Shown here: positions 52,628 through 61,676 of the stretch, in pieces
How positions within the stretch are numbered: position 1 is the stretch's first letter
How the letters are laid out: each line of letters starts with the position of its first letter
Source: an uncultured Halobacteriovorax sp.
GTDB lineage: Bacteria; Bdellovibrionota; Bacteriovoracia; Bacteriovoracales; Bacteriovoracaceae
DNA length: 64,000 nt
NCBI GenBank assembly: GCA_913061265.1
Contig: CAJXVS010000005.1
Coordinates: forward strand, 217,006 to 281,005
Reading direction: 5' to 3'
Made by a program: the position numbers and the translations under genes
The notes under the pieces: generated by a model
The model's database searches: none
Told to the model about the DNA's origin: nothing
Seen by the model: only the letters and a program-made list of their open reading frames with translations

Positions 52628-53845
52628 TTGTCTTTATCTTGCAAGTACAATAACCCCCTAATGATACAACACGGACTCGACAGATTAATTTCAGACACAA
52701 CGCTTCAAGACCAAATAAAAGGTCAGATCGGCTATCTTTGTCACAGCGCTTCTATTACTTCGGATATTATTCACGGTGCAGTAAAGCTAAAAGAAATCTT
52801 TGGTGACCGCCTGATTAAACTCTTTGGGCCGCAGCACGGATTTGTCACTGACGTCCAAGATAATATGGTGGAATCAACTCACTATGTTCATCCTTATTTT
52901 AATCTAAAAGTTTATAGCCTCTATTCAGAAACAAGAATTCCAACTGATGAAATGCTTGAAGGTCTCGATACAATAATCGTCGATCTTCAAGATGTGGGGA
53001 CTAGAGTTTATACCTATATCCACACCATGACTCATCTTATGGAAGCTTGCGCGAAAAAGAATATAAAGGTCGTTATCTTAGATCGCCCTAACCCCGCTGG
53101 TGGTGTTTTAGTAGAGGGAAACCTTCTAGAAGAAGGCTTTGAATCCTTTGTAGGAAGGCATCCTATTCCGCAAAGACATGGTCTTACCATGGGAGAAGTA
53201 GCAAACCTTGCGGCCAAGAACTTTGGCAGTGAATGTGATTTAAATATCATCCCTATGAAAGGCTGGAAACGAGACATGTACTGGAATGAAACCGGTCTGC
53301 CTTGGGTTCTCCCCTCTCCAAACTTACCCACAAGTGATGGCTGCTTAGTTTTTTGCGGCAGTGTCCTCTTTGAAGGAACAAATATTAGTGAAGGCCGCGG
53401 AACAACGCGGGCCCTTGAGATGATAGGTCATCCTGGTATTAAGTCTTTTGATTTTGCCGATAAATTAAACCTACAAATAAAAGAATGGGGACTTGAAGGC
53501 TTTGTTATTCGTCCTTGTGTCTTTATGCCTACCTTTCAAAAACATGCAGGAACTGCCTGCGGCGGGATGCAAGTTCACGTTACTAACCCAAGAACATTCT
53601 TAAGCTGGCGCTTTGGACAACTTCTCTGCCACGCCCTCTATAATGAACTCGGATCTGAGTTTAAGTGGAATGATCAGGCCTATGAGTATCAGCATGATCG
53701 TCTCGCCATTGATTTCATAAATGGCACTGACAAGATACGTCATTGGGTAGAAAACTCTGGAGATCTACAAACCCTAGAAACTCTAGAACTAGCTGGTAGA
53801 GAGGCTTACCTCGATCAGCGCTCCAACATACTGCTCTACAGCTAA
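52628..53845 (+). CDS. DUF1343 family protein (NamZ-like exo-beta-N-acetylmuramidase family)
   Basis: FGPQHGF and DLQDVGTRVYTYIHTM signatures. The start may instead be ATG 52661 (MIQHGLDRL). Confidence 0.75.
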   Translation: MSLSCKYNNPLMIQHGLDRLISDTTLQDQIKGQIGYLCHSASITSDIIHGAVKLKEIFGDRLIKLFGPQHGFVTDVQDNMVESTHYVHPYFNLKVYSLYSETRIPTDEMLEGLDTIIVDLQDVGTRVYTYIHTMTHLMEACAKKNIKVVILDRPNPAGGVLVEGNLLEEGFESFVGRHPIPQRHGLTMGEVANLAAKNFGSECDLNIIPMKGWKRDMYWNETGLPWVLPSPNLPTSDGCLVFCGSVLFEGTNISEGRGTTRALEMIGHPGIKSFDFADKLNLQIKEWGLEGFVIRPCVFMPTFQKHAGTACGGMQVHVTNPRTFLSWRFGQLLCHALYNELGSEFKWNDQAYEYQHDRLAIDFINGTDKIRHWVENSGDLQTLETLELAGREAYLDQRSNILLYS

Positions 53846-53959
53846 CTGCCTAAATATTCTAGATTTAAGTCCTTTACAAACGCACCGCGCTTTTTCGATA
53901 ATGCCTAGGAATTCAAATTAACCAACTAAAACATTTCGCTCACTATTAAGGAGAGATAC

Positions 53960-55138
53960 GTGAAAAAAACACTTAGACTACTACCTTTAATTACAGTTCT
54001 TGCTGCACTAACTATGTTCAGCCAAGGTTGTAAGAAAGAAGACAAGACTACTGAAGCTCCAGCTGCAAAAGCTGCTCTTTCAGCCACTGAGATCGTTCTT
54101 GGAGCGGTTTTTCCTATGACAGGACCCATTGCTACTTACGGACAAGAGTCTGTTAATGGCATGAAGATGGCCCTTAAGAAAGTTGGAAATGTTGTTGGCC
54201 TTCCGATCCGTTTGATTGTTGAAGATAATAAAGGCGAGCCAGTTGAATCTGCCAACGCTGTTAAGAAATTAATCAATGTTGATAATGTTCATTTAATTGT
54301 TGGATCAGTTGCTTCATCTAATACTCTGGCCGGAGCTCCTATTGCTCAACAAGCAAGAGTACCCCTTATGACTCCTGCTTCAACTAATGAAACTGTTACT
54401 CAAACTGGTAATTTTATTTCTAGAACTTGTTTTACTGATGCCTTTCAAGGCGTTGTTATGGCGAAGTTTGCTTATGAATCACTAAAGAAAAAGAAAGCTA
54501 TCATCATCGTTGATAACTCTTCTGATTACTCAAAAGGACTAGCTGCCGTTTTCAAAAAGAAATTCGTTGAACTTGGTGGAACAGTTATTGATGGAACTTT
54601 TACTTATGTTCAAAAAGACACTGACTTTAGATCGCTTCTTAGAAAAGTAAAAAGAGAAGGACCTGATGTTGTATGGCTTCCAGGATATTATACTGAAGTT
54701 GGACTTATGCTAAATCAGGCGCGCCAAATGGGAATGAATCTTCCTTTTCTTGGTGGAGACGGTTGGGATTCACCAAAGCTTCAAGAGCTTGCAGGAGCGG
54801 ATGGGATCAAAGGAAACTATATTTCTTCTCACTTCTCACCTGATGATGAAGATCCAATGGTTCAAGGTTTTGTTAAGGAATACGTAGCTACTTATGGTCA
54901 AAAGCCAGGTGCCATGGCCGCCTTAGGCTATGATGGTGTCCTAGTTGTTGCTGACGCTTTAAAAAGAGCAGGTACTCTAACACATAAAAGTATCTCTGAA
55001 GCTATCAACTCAACGAAAGACTTTGTTGGTATCACAGGATCAATCACTATTGACGAAAATAGAAATGCTAGAAAAGCTGCCGTTGTTCTTGAAACAACTG
55101 CCACTGGCATGAAATTCAAACAAAAAGTTATGCCTTAA
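53960..55138 (+). CDS. branched-chain amino acid ABC transporter substrate-binding lipoprotein
   Basis: AAGGAG SD before a GTG start. Lipobox-like SQGC. LivJ/K-type PBP1 fold motifs (LGAVFPMTGPIATYG, GSVASS). Confidence 0.85.
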   Translation: MKKTLRLLPLITVLAALTMFSQGCKKEDKTTEAPAAKAALSATEIVLGAVFPMTGPIATYGQESVNGMKMALKKVGNVVGLPIRLIVEDNKGEPVESANAVKKLINVDNVHLIVGSVASSNTLAGAPIAQQARVPLMTPASTNETVTQTGNFISRTCFTDAFQGVVMAKFAYESLKKKKAIIIVDNSSDYSKGLAAVFKKKFVELGGTVIDGTFTYVQKDTDFRSLLRKVKREGPDVVWLPGYYTEVGLMLNQARQMGMNLPFLGGDGWDSPKLQELAGADGIKGNYISSHFSPDDEDPMVQGFVKEYVATYGQKPGAMAALGYDGVLVVADALKRAGTLTHKSISEAINSTKDFVGITGSITIDENRNARKAAVVLETTATGMKFKQKVMP

Positions 55139-56043
55139 TGAGCGAAGAAACGACGTTTTTTTTCTATGACCTTGCGACCTACCTCTTAAACGGTATCACG
55201 CAAGGTTCAGTCTATGCTCTCGTGGCCCTGGGTTACACCATGGTTTACGGGATCATCAAACTTATCAACTTTGCCCATGGCGAGTTTTATATGATCGGAG
55301 CTTTTGTGGGCTTCTATTGTATCGCTGCCGGGATGCCATTATGGATGGCCTTTCCTTGTGCCATGATTGGCTCAGGACTCGTGGCCATTACAGTGGAGCG
55401 GATCGTCTATAGACCAATTCGTTATGCAGGAAGAATTCCGGCCCTCATTACGGCCCTTGGAACTTCTCTTCTGTTTCAATACGCTGGTCAGAATATCATT
55501 GGCGCCGACCCAAAAGCATTTCCTAAAGTAACTGACTTTGAGAATCAAACCTATAAATTTGGAGAGCTTTATATCTCAACAAATCAAATAGTGATTATCT
55601 CAACGACTTTTATCTTAATGGTCTTTCTTTACTGGCTTGTGAATCACACCAGGACAGGTAAAGCTATGCGGGCAACAAGTTTTGATAAGAACGCAGCAGA
55701 ATTAATGGGAATTGATACTAATAAGATCATTAGTTTTACTTTCTTTTTAGGCGCCTCTCTTGCGGGAGCTGCCGGAGTCCTCGTTGGAATGTACTACAAC
55801 TCAGTAGAACCAATGATGGGACTTATTCCGGGATTAAAGGCTTTTGTAGCCGCTGTCCTCGGGGGAATTGGAATCATTCCTGGCGCAGTCCTTGGCGGAC
55901 TCGTTCTTGGAATAGCAGAGAACCTCGTCGTTGGTTTTTGGGTTTCAACTTATAGAGATGCCATTGCTTTTGGTATCCTCATCTTAATCTTACTCTTTAA
56001 GCCTTCAGGTCTCTTAGGTAAGAACACAAAGGAGAAAGTATAA
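55138..56043 (+). CDS. livH: branched-chain amino acid ABC permease
   Basis: GYTMVYGIIKLINFAHGEF motif. Polytopic. Stop/start overlaps with flanking transporter genes. Confidence 0.9.
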   Translation: MSEETTFFFYDLATYLLNGITQGSVYALVALGYTMVYGIIKLINFAHGEFYMIGAFVGFYCIAAGMPLWMAFPCAMIGSGLVAITVERIVYRPIRYAGRIPALITALGTSLLFQYAGQNIIGADPKAFPKVTDFENQTYKFGELYISTNQIVIISTTFILMVFLYWLVNHTRTGKAMRATSFDKNAAELMGIDTNKIISFTFFLGASLAGAAGVLVGMYYNSVEPMMGLIPGLKAFVAAVLGGIGIIPGAVLGGLVLGIAENLVVGFWVSTYRDAIAFGILILILLFKPSGLLGKNTKEKV

Positions 56044-56918
56044 TGAGTCAATATATTGCCGACTTAGCTCTTCTCTGTGGTGTTTTTATTATCCTGGCCG
56101 TGAGCTTAAATCTTATCAATGGAATCTGTGGACAGTTTTCCTTAGGTCATGCTGGATTTTGGGCCGTTGGCGCTTATTCAGCAGCAGCTTATAGTGTTTA
56201 CTTTGCTCCACCTATTCTTGATTCACTAAATCTTTTAATTGCTTGTGGAATTGGGTTTATATCTGCTGCCTTAGCAGGTGTTCTCATTGGAGTTCCATGT
56301 CTTAGGCTCCGCGGTGACTACCTAGCCATTGCTACTCTCGGTTTCGGCGAGATCATTAGAATCTTTATCATGAACATGGATTCAATTGGTGGTCCTCGTG
56401 GTTTTACAGGTATCCCTAAATGGTCGAACCTCTTTTGGGTTTACCTTTGGGTTGTCATTACCATCGTCTTTGTCGTTAATCTTTTAAGAGGAACTCATGG
56501 ACGTGCTATTATTAGCATCCGTGAAGATGAAATCGCAGCAGACTCAATGGGCATCTACACTTTTAAATATAAGACAATGGCCTTTGTTATTGGTGCTGGG
56601 TTTGCTGGTGTTGCGGGAGCCCTTTTTGCCCACGACAGTCAGTTCCTTCATCCTAATGGCTTTACCTTTATGTGGTCTGTGATTATTCTTCTTATGATTA
56701 TTCTAGGAGGACTTGGCTCTGTTACTGGTTCAGTAATCGGCGCTGTCATCCTTACTATCCTTCCTGAGCTACTAAGATTCTTTGGAGACACAGTAAGTGA
56801 ATGGCGAATGGTCATCTACTCACTTCTTCTCATTATTCTTATGCTTTGGAGACCAGGTGGGATCTTCGGCAAACACGAGATCAGCCTGCCTTTCTTTGGT
56901 AAAAAGGAGAAAGCGTAA
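56043..56918 (+). CDS. livM: branched-chain amino acid ABC permease
   Basis: GQFSLGHAGFWAVGAY motif. Polytopic. Confidence 0.9.
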   Translation: MSQYIADLALLCGVFIILAVSLNLINGICGQFSLGHAGFWAVGAYSAAAYSVYFAPPILDSLNLLIACGIGFISAALAGVLIGVPCLRLRGDYLAIATLGFGEIIRIFIMNMDSIGGPRGFTGIPKWSNLFWVYLWVVITIVFVVNLLRGTHGRAIISIREDEIAADSMGIYTFKYKTMAFVIGAGFAGVAGALFAHDSQFLHPNGFTFMWSVIILLMIILGGLGSVTGSVIGAVILTILPELLRFFGDTVSEWRMVIYSLLLIILMLWRPGGIFGKHEISLPFFGKKEKA

Positions 56919-57697
56919 TGGATACAATTTTAGAAACTAAAAACCTAACCATGCGCTTTGGTGGACTCGTTGCTGTTAACAACTTCTCGCTAAAACTTGG
57001 TAAAACAGATCTCGTTGGAGTTATCGGACCTAATGGCGCTGGTAAAACAACTATATTTAATATGATCACTGGTATCTATGAGCCAACTGAGGGCGATGTT
57101 CTTTTAGATGGTAAATCTCTCATTGGTGATCATGTCGCTTTAATTACTCAAAATGGAATCTGCCGAACATTCCAAAACATTAGGCTCTTCAAAGACCTAA
57201 CTGTTTTAGACAATATTCGCTTAGCAGGTCACTTTAGAATGAAATATGGCGTCCTCGCCTCAATCTTTAGAACGAAAAAGTTTCACGCAGAAGAAGCTCG
57301 TTTAAAAGAAGAGGCCATGGAGCTATTAAAGATCTTCAAACTTGAATCTAAAGCAAATCATTTAGCAAAGAACCTTCCTTATGGTGAACAAAGAAGACTT
57401 GAGATTGCTCGCGCCTTAGCGACTAAGCCAAAAGTGCTTCTTCTTGATGAGCCAGCTGCAGGGATGAACCCAAATGAAACAAAAGAGCTAACTGGTCTTA
57501 TCCGCTGGGTAAGAGATCACTTTCAAATTGCGATCCTTCTTATTGAACATGATATGAAACTAGTTATGGAAGTTTGTGAAAAGATCTACGTCGTCGACCA
57601 TGGCACACAGATCGCTTTTGGAAACCCTTCAGAGATTCAAAATAATCCAAAGGTTGTAGAGGCCTATCTTGGTGTCCAAGATGAGGAGCAGAAATAA
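56918..57697 (+). CDS. livG: branched-chain amino acid ABC ATPase
   Basis: Walker A GPNGAGKTT, signature YGEQRRLEIARAL and Walker B LLLDEPAAG. Confidence 0.9.
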   Translation: MDTILETKNLTMRFGGLVAVNNFSLKLGKTDLVGVIGPNGAGKTTIFNMITGIYEPTEGDVLLDGKSLIGDHVALITQNGICRTFQNIRLFKDLTVLDNIRLAGHFRMKYGVLASIFRTKKFHAEEARLKEEAMELLKIFKLESKANHLAKNLPYGEQRRLEIARALATKPKVLLLDEPAAGMNPNETKELTGLIRWVRDHFQIAILLIEHDMKLVMEVCEKIYVVDHGTQIAFGNPSEIQNNPKVVEAYLGVQDEEQK

Positions 57698-58413
57698 TGA
57701 GTTCAGCCATGTTAGAAGTTAAAGACCTACATGTTCATTATGGCGCTATCCACGCCATTCATGGCATCAACCTGCAAGTTAATGAAGGTGAGATTGTCAC
57801 AATCCTTGGCTCTAACGGAGCCGGTAAAACAACAACTCTTCATACAATATCTGGTTTATTAAAACCAAGCTCTGGATCAATCCTTTTTAATGGCGAGCCT
57901 ATTCATACTCTAGAGGCCAACAAGATTGTCGCTAAAGGTGTTGCTCAGTCACCAGAGGGAAGAATGGTTTTTCCTGATCTAACCATTTCAGAGAACCTAG
58001 ACATGGGCGCCTTTCTTAGGCGTGATAAAGCCGGCATACAAAAAGACAGAGACTATATGTGCTCCTTGTTTCCAAAACTAAGAGAAAGGGCTAAGCAATT
58101 AGCTGGAACCCTCTCTGGTGGAGAGCAGCAGATGCTTGCTATTGCTAGAGCTTATATGGCCAACCCAAAACTCTTGCTTCTCGATGAACCAAGTCTGGGG
58201 ATCGCTCCTATCTTAGTTCAGGCCATCTTTGATGCCATTGTTGAGATAAACAAAAAAGGCACAACAATTCTTCTTGTTGAGCAAAACGCTTATGCAGCAC
58301 TAAAGATTGCTCATAGAGCTTATGTTCTCACTACTGGTGAAATAGGAATGGAAGGCCCAGCTAAAGACTTACTTGAAAACGAAGAAATCCAAAAAGCTTA
58401 TTTAGGACATTAA
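57697..58413 (+). CDS. livF: branched-chain amino acid ABC ATPase
   Basis: Walker A GSNGAGKTT, signature LSGGEQQMLAIARA and Walker B LLLDEPSLG. Confidence 0.9.
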   Translation: MSSAMLEVKDLHVHYGAIHAIHGINLQVNEGEIVTILGSNGAGKTTTLHTISGLLKPSSGSILFNGEPIHTLEANKIVAKGVAQSPEGRMVFPDLTISENLDMGAFLRRDKAGIQKDRDYMCSLFPKLRERAKQLAGTLSGGEQQMLAIARAYMANPKLLLLDEPSLGIAPILVQAIFDAIVEINKKGTTILLVEQNAYAALKIAHRAYVLTTGEIGMEGPAKDLLENEEIQKAYLGH

Positions 58414-58414
58414 G

Positions 58415-58615
58415 ATGAATATAGAAGATGCAATCAAGCTTGTTAAAAAAGTAGTTAAAGAATCACATGTAAAAAACCAACGTCATATTGATTTGTCAGT
58501 ATGTACAGCTGATAAGCGAGCTGATACTCAAGAAGCTCTTGTTTTCTTGCAAGCAAAGGTTGCTAAGGGCGAGATGACTGATGATGAACTTAAAGAAAAA
58601 CTAGGACTGATTTAA
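58415..58615 (+). CDS. small hypothetical protein coupled to livF
   Basis: The ATG lies 1 nt after the livF stop. 66 aa, helical and charged. Confidence 0.45.
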   Translation: MNIEDAIKLVKKVVKESHVKNQRHIDLSVCTADKRADTQEALVFLQAKVAKGEMTDDELKEKLGLI

Positions 58616-58842
58616 TGGCCAACTGTAAATTTTGTGGAAAAGAAATTCATTGGATGAAAGAGGGACGTAAGAATGTTCCAGCCGAACTCGATGGAGCTAA
58701 GCACGAATGTGAGCAAGGTAAGAACGCCTTTAAAAGCGCAAAGGTAATCGAAGTTAATTCATTAACTCCTGAGCAAATCGCCGAGTACGAAAAAGGCATC
58801 AACGATGCCAACGAAAAATGGAATAAGAAAAAGAAGAAGTAG
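58615..58842 (+). CDS. small Cys/His (zinc-ribbon-like) hypothetical protein
   Basis: TAATG overlap with the previous ORF. CKFCGKEIHW...HEC and a Lys-rich tail. Confidence 0.45.
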   Translation: MANCKFCGKEIHWMKEGRKNVPAELDGAKHECEQGKNAFKSAKVIEVNSLTPEQIAEYEKGINDANEKWNKKKKK

Positions 58843-58856
58843 ACCTACTTCTTCTT
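58831..58856. terminator. 26-bp near-perfect palindrome spanning both stop codons of convergent genes
   Basis: AAGAAGAAGTAG-AC-CTACTTCTTCTT. A-rich upstream and T-rich downstream. Confidence 0.4.
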
Positions 58857-59375
58857 CTCAAATAATTTCTTTAATTCAATATTTGTAGATTCTAAAGCAA
58901 GAGATCTGATATCTTTTTTGCCAAGACCCTCTTTGGTAGAGTCTGCCCCTTTTAATAATAAGTATCTTACCATCTGGACATTTTCACTCAAGACAGCAAT
59001 CTTTAGAGCTGTACTGCCAGAGCTTGCGCTATGATTGATCTTCGCTCCTCTTTCAACAAGGTGCTTAACGACCTTTAACTTTTCAGCTTTTACAGCTTGA
59101 AGAAGGGCCGTCTGCTTCTTTGATCCAATATAGTTAACCTTAGCCCCTGCTTTTATCAATTCTTTAACTTGAGTAAAGCGCCCCTTATAGCTCGCTTCCA
59201 TGAGAAGGCTTCGCCCAGGGCTTACTTCTTGATTAGCATCTGCTCCCATTTTGAGAGCTTCACTTACCATTGAAGGAGAATTCTTAAGGATACCTAATTT
59301 AAGATTCTTATCAACACTGCTTAGTTTTGCGCTTGAAAGTAAGAGAGCGCAAATCAATAATGAGATAAGCTTCAC
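58845..59375 (-). CDS. periplasmic ankyrin-repeat protein
   Basis: Signal peptide MKLISLLICALLLSSA. About four ANK repeats (GADANQ..., GAKVNY...TALLQAV, GAKINH...TALKIAV, GADS). The GTG start overlaps the stop of the DD-peptidase gene by 1 nt. Confidence 0.85.
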   Translation of the reverse strand: MKLISLLICALLLSSAKLSSVDKNLKLGILKNSPSMVSEALKMGADANQEVSPGRSLLMEASYKGRFTQVKELIKAGAKVNYIGSKKQTALLQAVKAEKLKVVKHLVERGAKINHSASSGSTALKIAVLSENVQMVRYLLLKGADSTKEGLGKKDIRSLALESTNIELKKLFEKKK

Positions 59376-60679
59376 TACATGACCTCTACTAGAGCAGCTG
59401 GTGATGGAGTGCTTACTTCAAGAGGACCAGCAGCAGGCCAAAAGCCTTCCTTTCTGTAAGGAAATTTTACTGGACCTTGAAAGTCTTTGAAGAGTTGAAG
59501 AACAATCTCATCTTGTAGTTTTCTTGCTGACCAGATCTCTTCGGTTTGATTGAAGATACCAAAATAGCGAAGTCCAATATTAGTTGAAAGCATCCCCGCT
59601 AGGGCCACAGTATGATAAAGAGTTCCCGTCTTAGCAACAAAGGCATTTGTTAACTCTGGAATACTAAAGCGCCTTCTTCTAAAGGTACCACCATCAGCGC
59701 CAGGGACGGCCATGATGTCATGGATAAAGAGCCCATTAGCTTCAACAGTCTTCTTAAGCTCTATCATCATCTTGATCGTCATCTCACAAGTTGAGTAGTT
59801 ATCAAAACGAGTTCCCTCATCATCATAAGACATAAGACCAGAGCCGGTATAAAGCTTAATTTTTTCTCTATCAATTCCCATAGCTTCGTCTAAGAAATCA
59901 TTTACGTCTTCTTTTTCAGAGAGCTGCTCAAAGAGCTTCTCAGGAATATAATTATTAGAAACAATATTAACGAACTTTAGGTATTTATGAAGAGGAAGAG
60001 ACTTAATTGAATAAGTCGTAACATCTGATCCTTCTAAATCAAAAGGCGCTTCTTCAGTAAACTCAACTTTTGAAACCTTGAATTCAGGTTTTTCAATAAG
60101 CTCAATATTATCATTATTCTGTGGTGCAATTCTTCTTAGCCTTAAATACTCATCATAATAGCCATCACTCCACTTCTTGGTATTAAAGTAAGTATTTAGG
60201 TATCTCTTATAATCAGCAGCTGTATGCGAGTTATCTTCACTAGCGTTTTTCTTGTTAGGGAAAACGAGGAGGTTCTTATCAAAGGTGATCTTATCGAGCT
60301 TCTTTATTCCTAGTTCATTGAACTGACTAAGAAGATAGAAAACTTTTCTATCATCAAAGATAGGATCTTTAGACCCAACAATATGCATCTTCTTATCTTT
60401 AACATAAAACTTAGTTTCGTATTGATAGTCAGGACCGAGACGGCTTAAGGCCCAAAAACTTGTGTAGATCTTAGAAACACTAGCGAGACGGATCTTAATC
60501 TGAGGATTATTACCTTTAAGGTTTCCTGCTCCATCGATATAGCAAAAGCTTTGGTCTTCATATTTTCCAATCTTGTATTCTTTTACTAGCCTCTTGAACA
60601 TGGGACCTGAAAAAGATGGTGATGATACTGATAAAATTGAAACGGCTAAAATAGCTCTAAAAAACTGCGTAGCTTTCAT
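59375..60679 (-). CDS. PBP4/DacB-family (S13) D-alanyl-D-alanine carboxypeptidase/endopeptidase
   Basis: GGGAGAG SD before ATG 60679. Signal peptide. SVSK (SxxK), SNN (SxN) and KTGT motifs in the canonical order. Confidence 0.85.
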   Translation of the reverse strand: MKATQFFRAILAVSILSVSSPSFSGPMFKRLVKEYKIGKYEDQSFCYIDGAGNLKGNNPQIKIRLASVSKIYTSFWALSRLGPDYQYETKFYVKDKKMHIVGSKDPIFDDRKVFYLLSQFNELGIKKLDKITFDKNLLVFPNKKNASEDNSHTAADYKRYLNTYFNTKKWSDGYYDEYLRLRRIAPQNNDNIELIEKPEFKVSKVEFTEEAPFDLEGSDVTTYSIKSLPLHKYLKFVNIVSNNYIPEKLFEQLSEKEDVNDFLDEAMGIDREKIKLYTGSGLMSYDDEGTRFDNYSTCEMTIKMMIELKKTVEANGLFIHDIMAVPGADGGTFRRRRFSIPELTNAFVAKTGTLYHTVALAGMLSTNIGLRYFGIFNQTEEIWSARKLQDEIVLQLFKDFQGPVKFPYRKEGFWPAAGPLEVSTPSPAALVEVM

Positions 60680-60803
60680 GGTCTCTCCCTCATGTTTAAG
60701 AGATAGATCTATGATAAACAACGCGCCTAGTAAATACTGTGAGTAATCTTTCCTTAGTGATAAGGCCTATATTTTCAAGATATTAGCTAAGTTATTGATG
60801 ACT

Positions 60804-61166
60804 CTATGCGGCAAAAGCGATCCCCATATTTCGCCTTTCTATGGCCTTCATGGCAGCTTGATAAAGCCTCTCCTCAATATCTAGCTTCTCGATAATACAG
60901 TCGCAAATATTGCTGAACTTCCCTGAATGATCACTATTATTACTAATGGCAACGACAGGGAGCTCTTGATAGACAAGCTTAGCAATCTCTAGTCCATCCA
61001 TCATAGGAACCGTTACATCAGTGACAACCACTTCAAAGGCATAGTGCTTTAAAGCTTCTCTAGCATCCTCTAGGCAGGCCACCTTGATCACAGACATGCC
61101 ATGCTCTAAAAAGACCTCACTCATGTTTTCTTGGTTTCCCACAATTAAGACATTTGCATTTTTCAT
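60804..61166 (-). CDS. single-domain CheY-like receiver protein (atypical acidic pocket)
   Basis: VLIVGNQEN...VVVTDVTVPMMDGLE. Phospho-acceptor-like Asp is present, but the N-terminal DD pair is missing. Confidence 0.55.
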   Translation of the reverse strand: MKNANVLIVGNQENMSEVFLEHGMSVIKVACLEDAREALKHYAFEVVVTDVTVPMMDGLEIAKLVYQELPVVAISNNSDHSGKFSNICDCIIEKLDIEERLYQAAMKAIERRNMGIAFAA

Positions 61167-61335
61167 CTACAACTCCAGAGTGATTAGCACCTCTTTATTA
61201 TCCCCGAAGGTTGGCCAAATCTATGTGAAATTATCTGAAATTCCCAAATTTTGGTAACTTAACAAGGATCTTGAAAAGGAAGCTTTGATCTAGAATGTGA
61301 AGGAAAGTACACAATTTACCCATAAATGGGGCAGG

Positions 61336-61527
61336 CTAATCTTTGATGACACGGTATTCAGCTTCAAGGACATCGCCATCTTGAGCTGGCTTTTTGCGAG
61401 TCCCAGGATTAACTCCAGGATTCATTCCACCTTTGACATGCTGATAGCTCTTATAGCCAAAGAAGATATTTCTAATAAATACGAAGAGAAAATAAAAAAT
61501 AAGACCTTTTAAGAGCATTGCAATCAT
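61336..61527 (-). CDS. small membrane protein (one TM, charged tail)
   Basis: LLKGLIFYFLFVFIRNIFF helix, then a basic/acidic tail. Preferred over the overlapping + strand ORF 61297..61512. Weak SD. Confidence 0.35.
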   Translation of the reverse strand: MIAMLLKGLIFYFLFVFIRNIFFGYKSYQHVKGGMNPGVNPGTRKKPAQDGDVLEAEYRVIKD

Positions 61528-61676
61528 AAGCTGATATTAAGCCTAAAGTTATAAGCTTGCAAAGGCCTCTTTAAGAATTACATAGACACGATGTGGCATA
61601 CGCGATTATCATAATTTACGCTTTAGAGCAGGTTTGATAGGTTGAGAAAACATATTAGAAGAATAAGGAGAACACC

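Noticed and set aside
61297-61512. 71-aa + strand ORF overlapping the 63-aa - strand ORF.
   Set aside because: The minus-strand product has a clean TM helix plus a charged tail and is co-oriented with the downstream receiver gene. The plus-strand product has no features. Neither is strongly supported.
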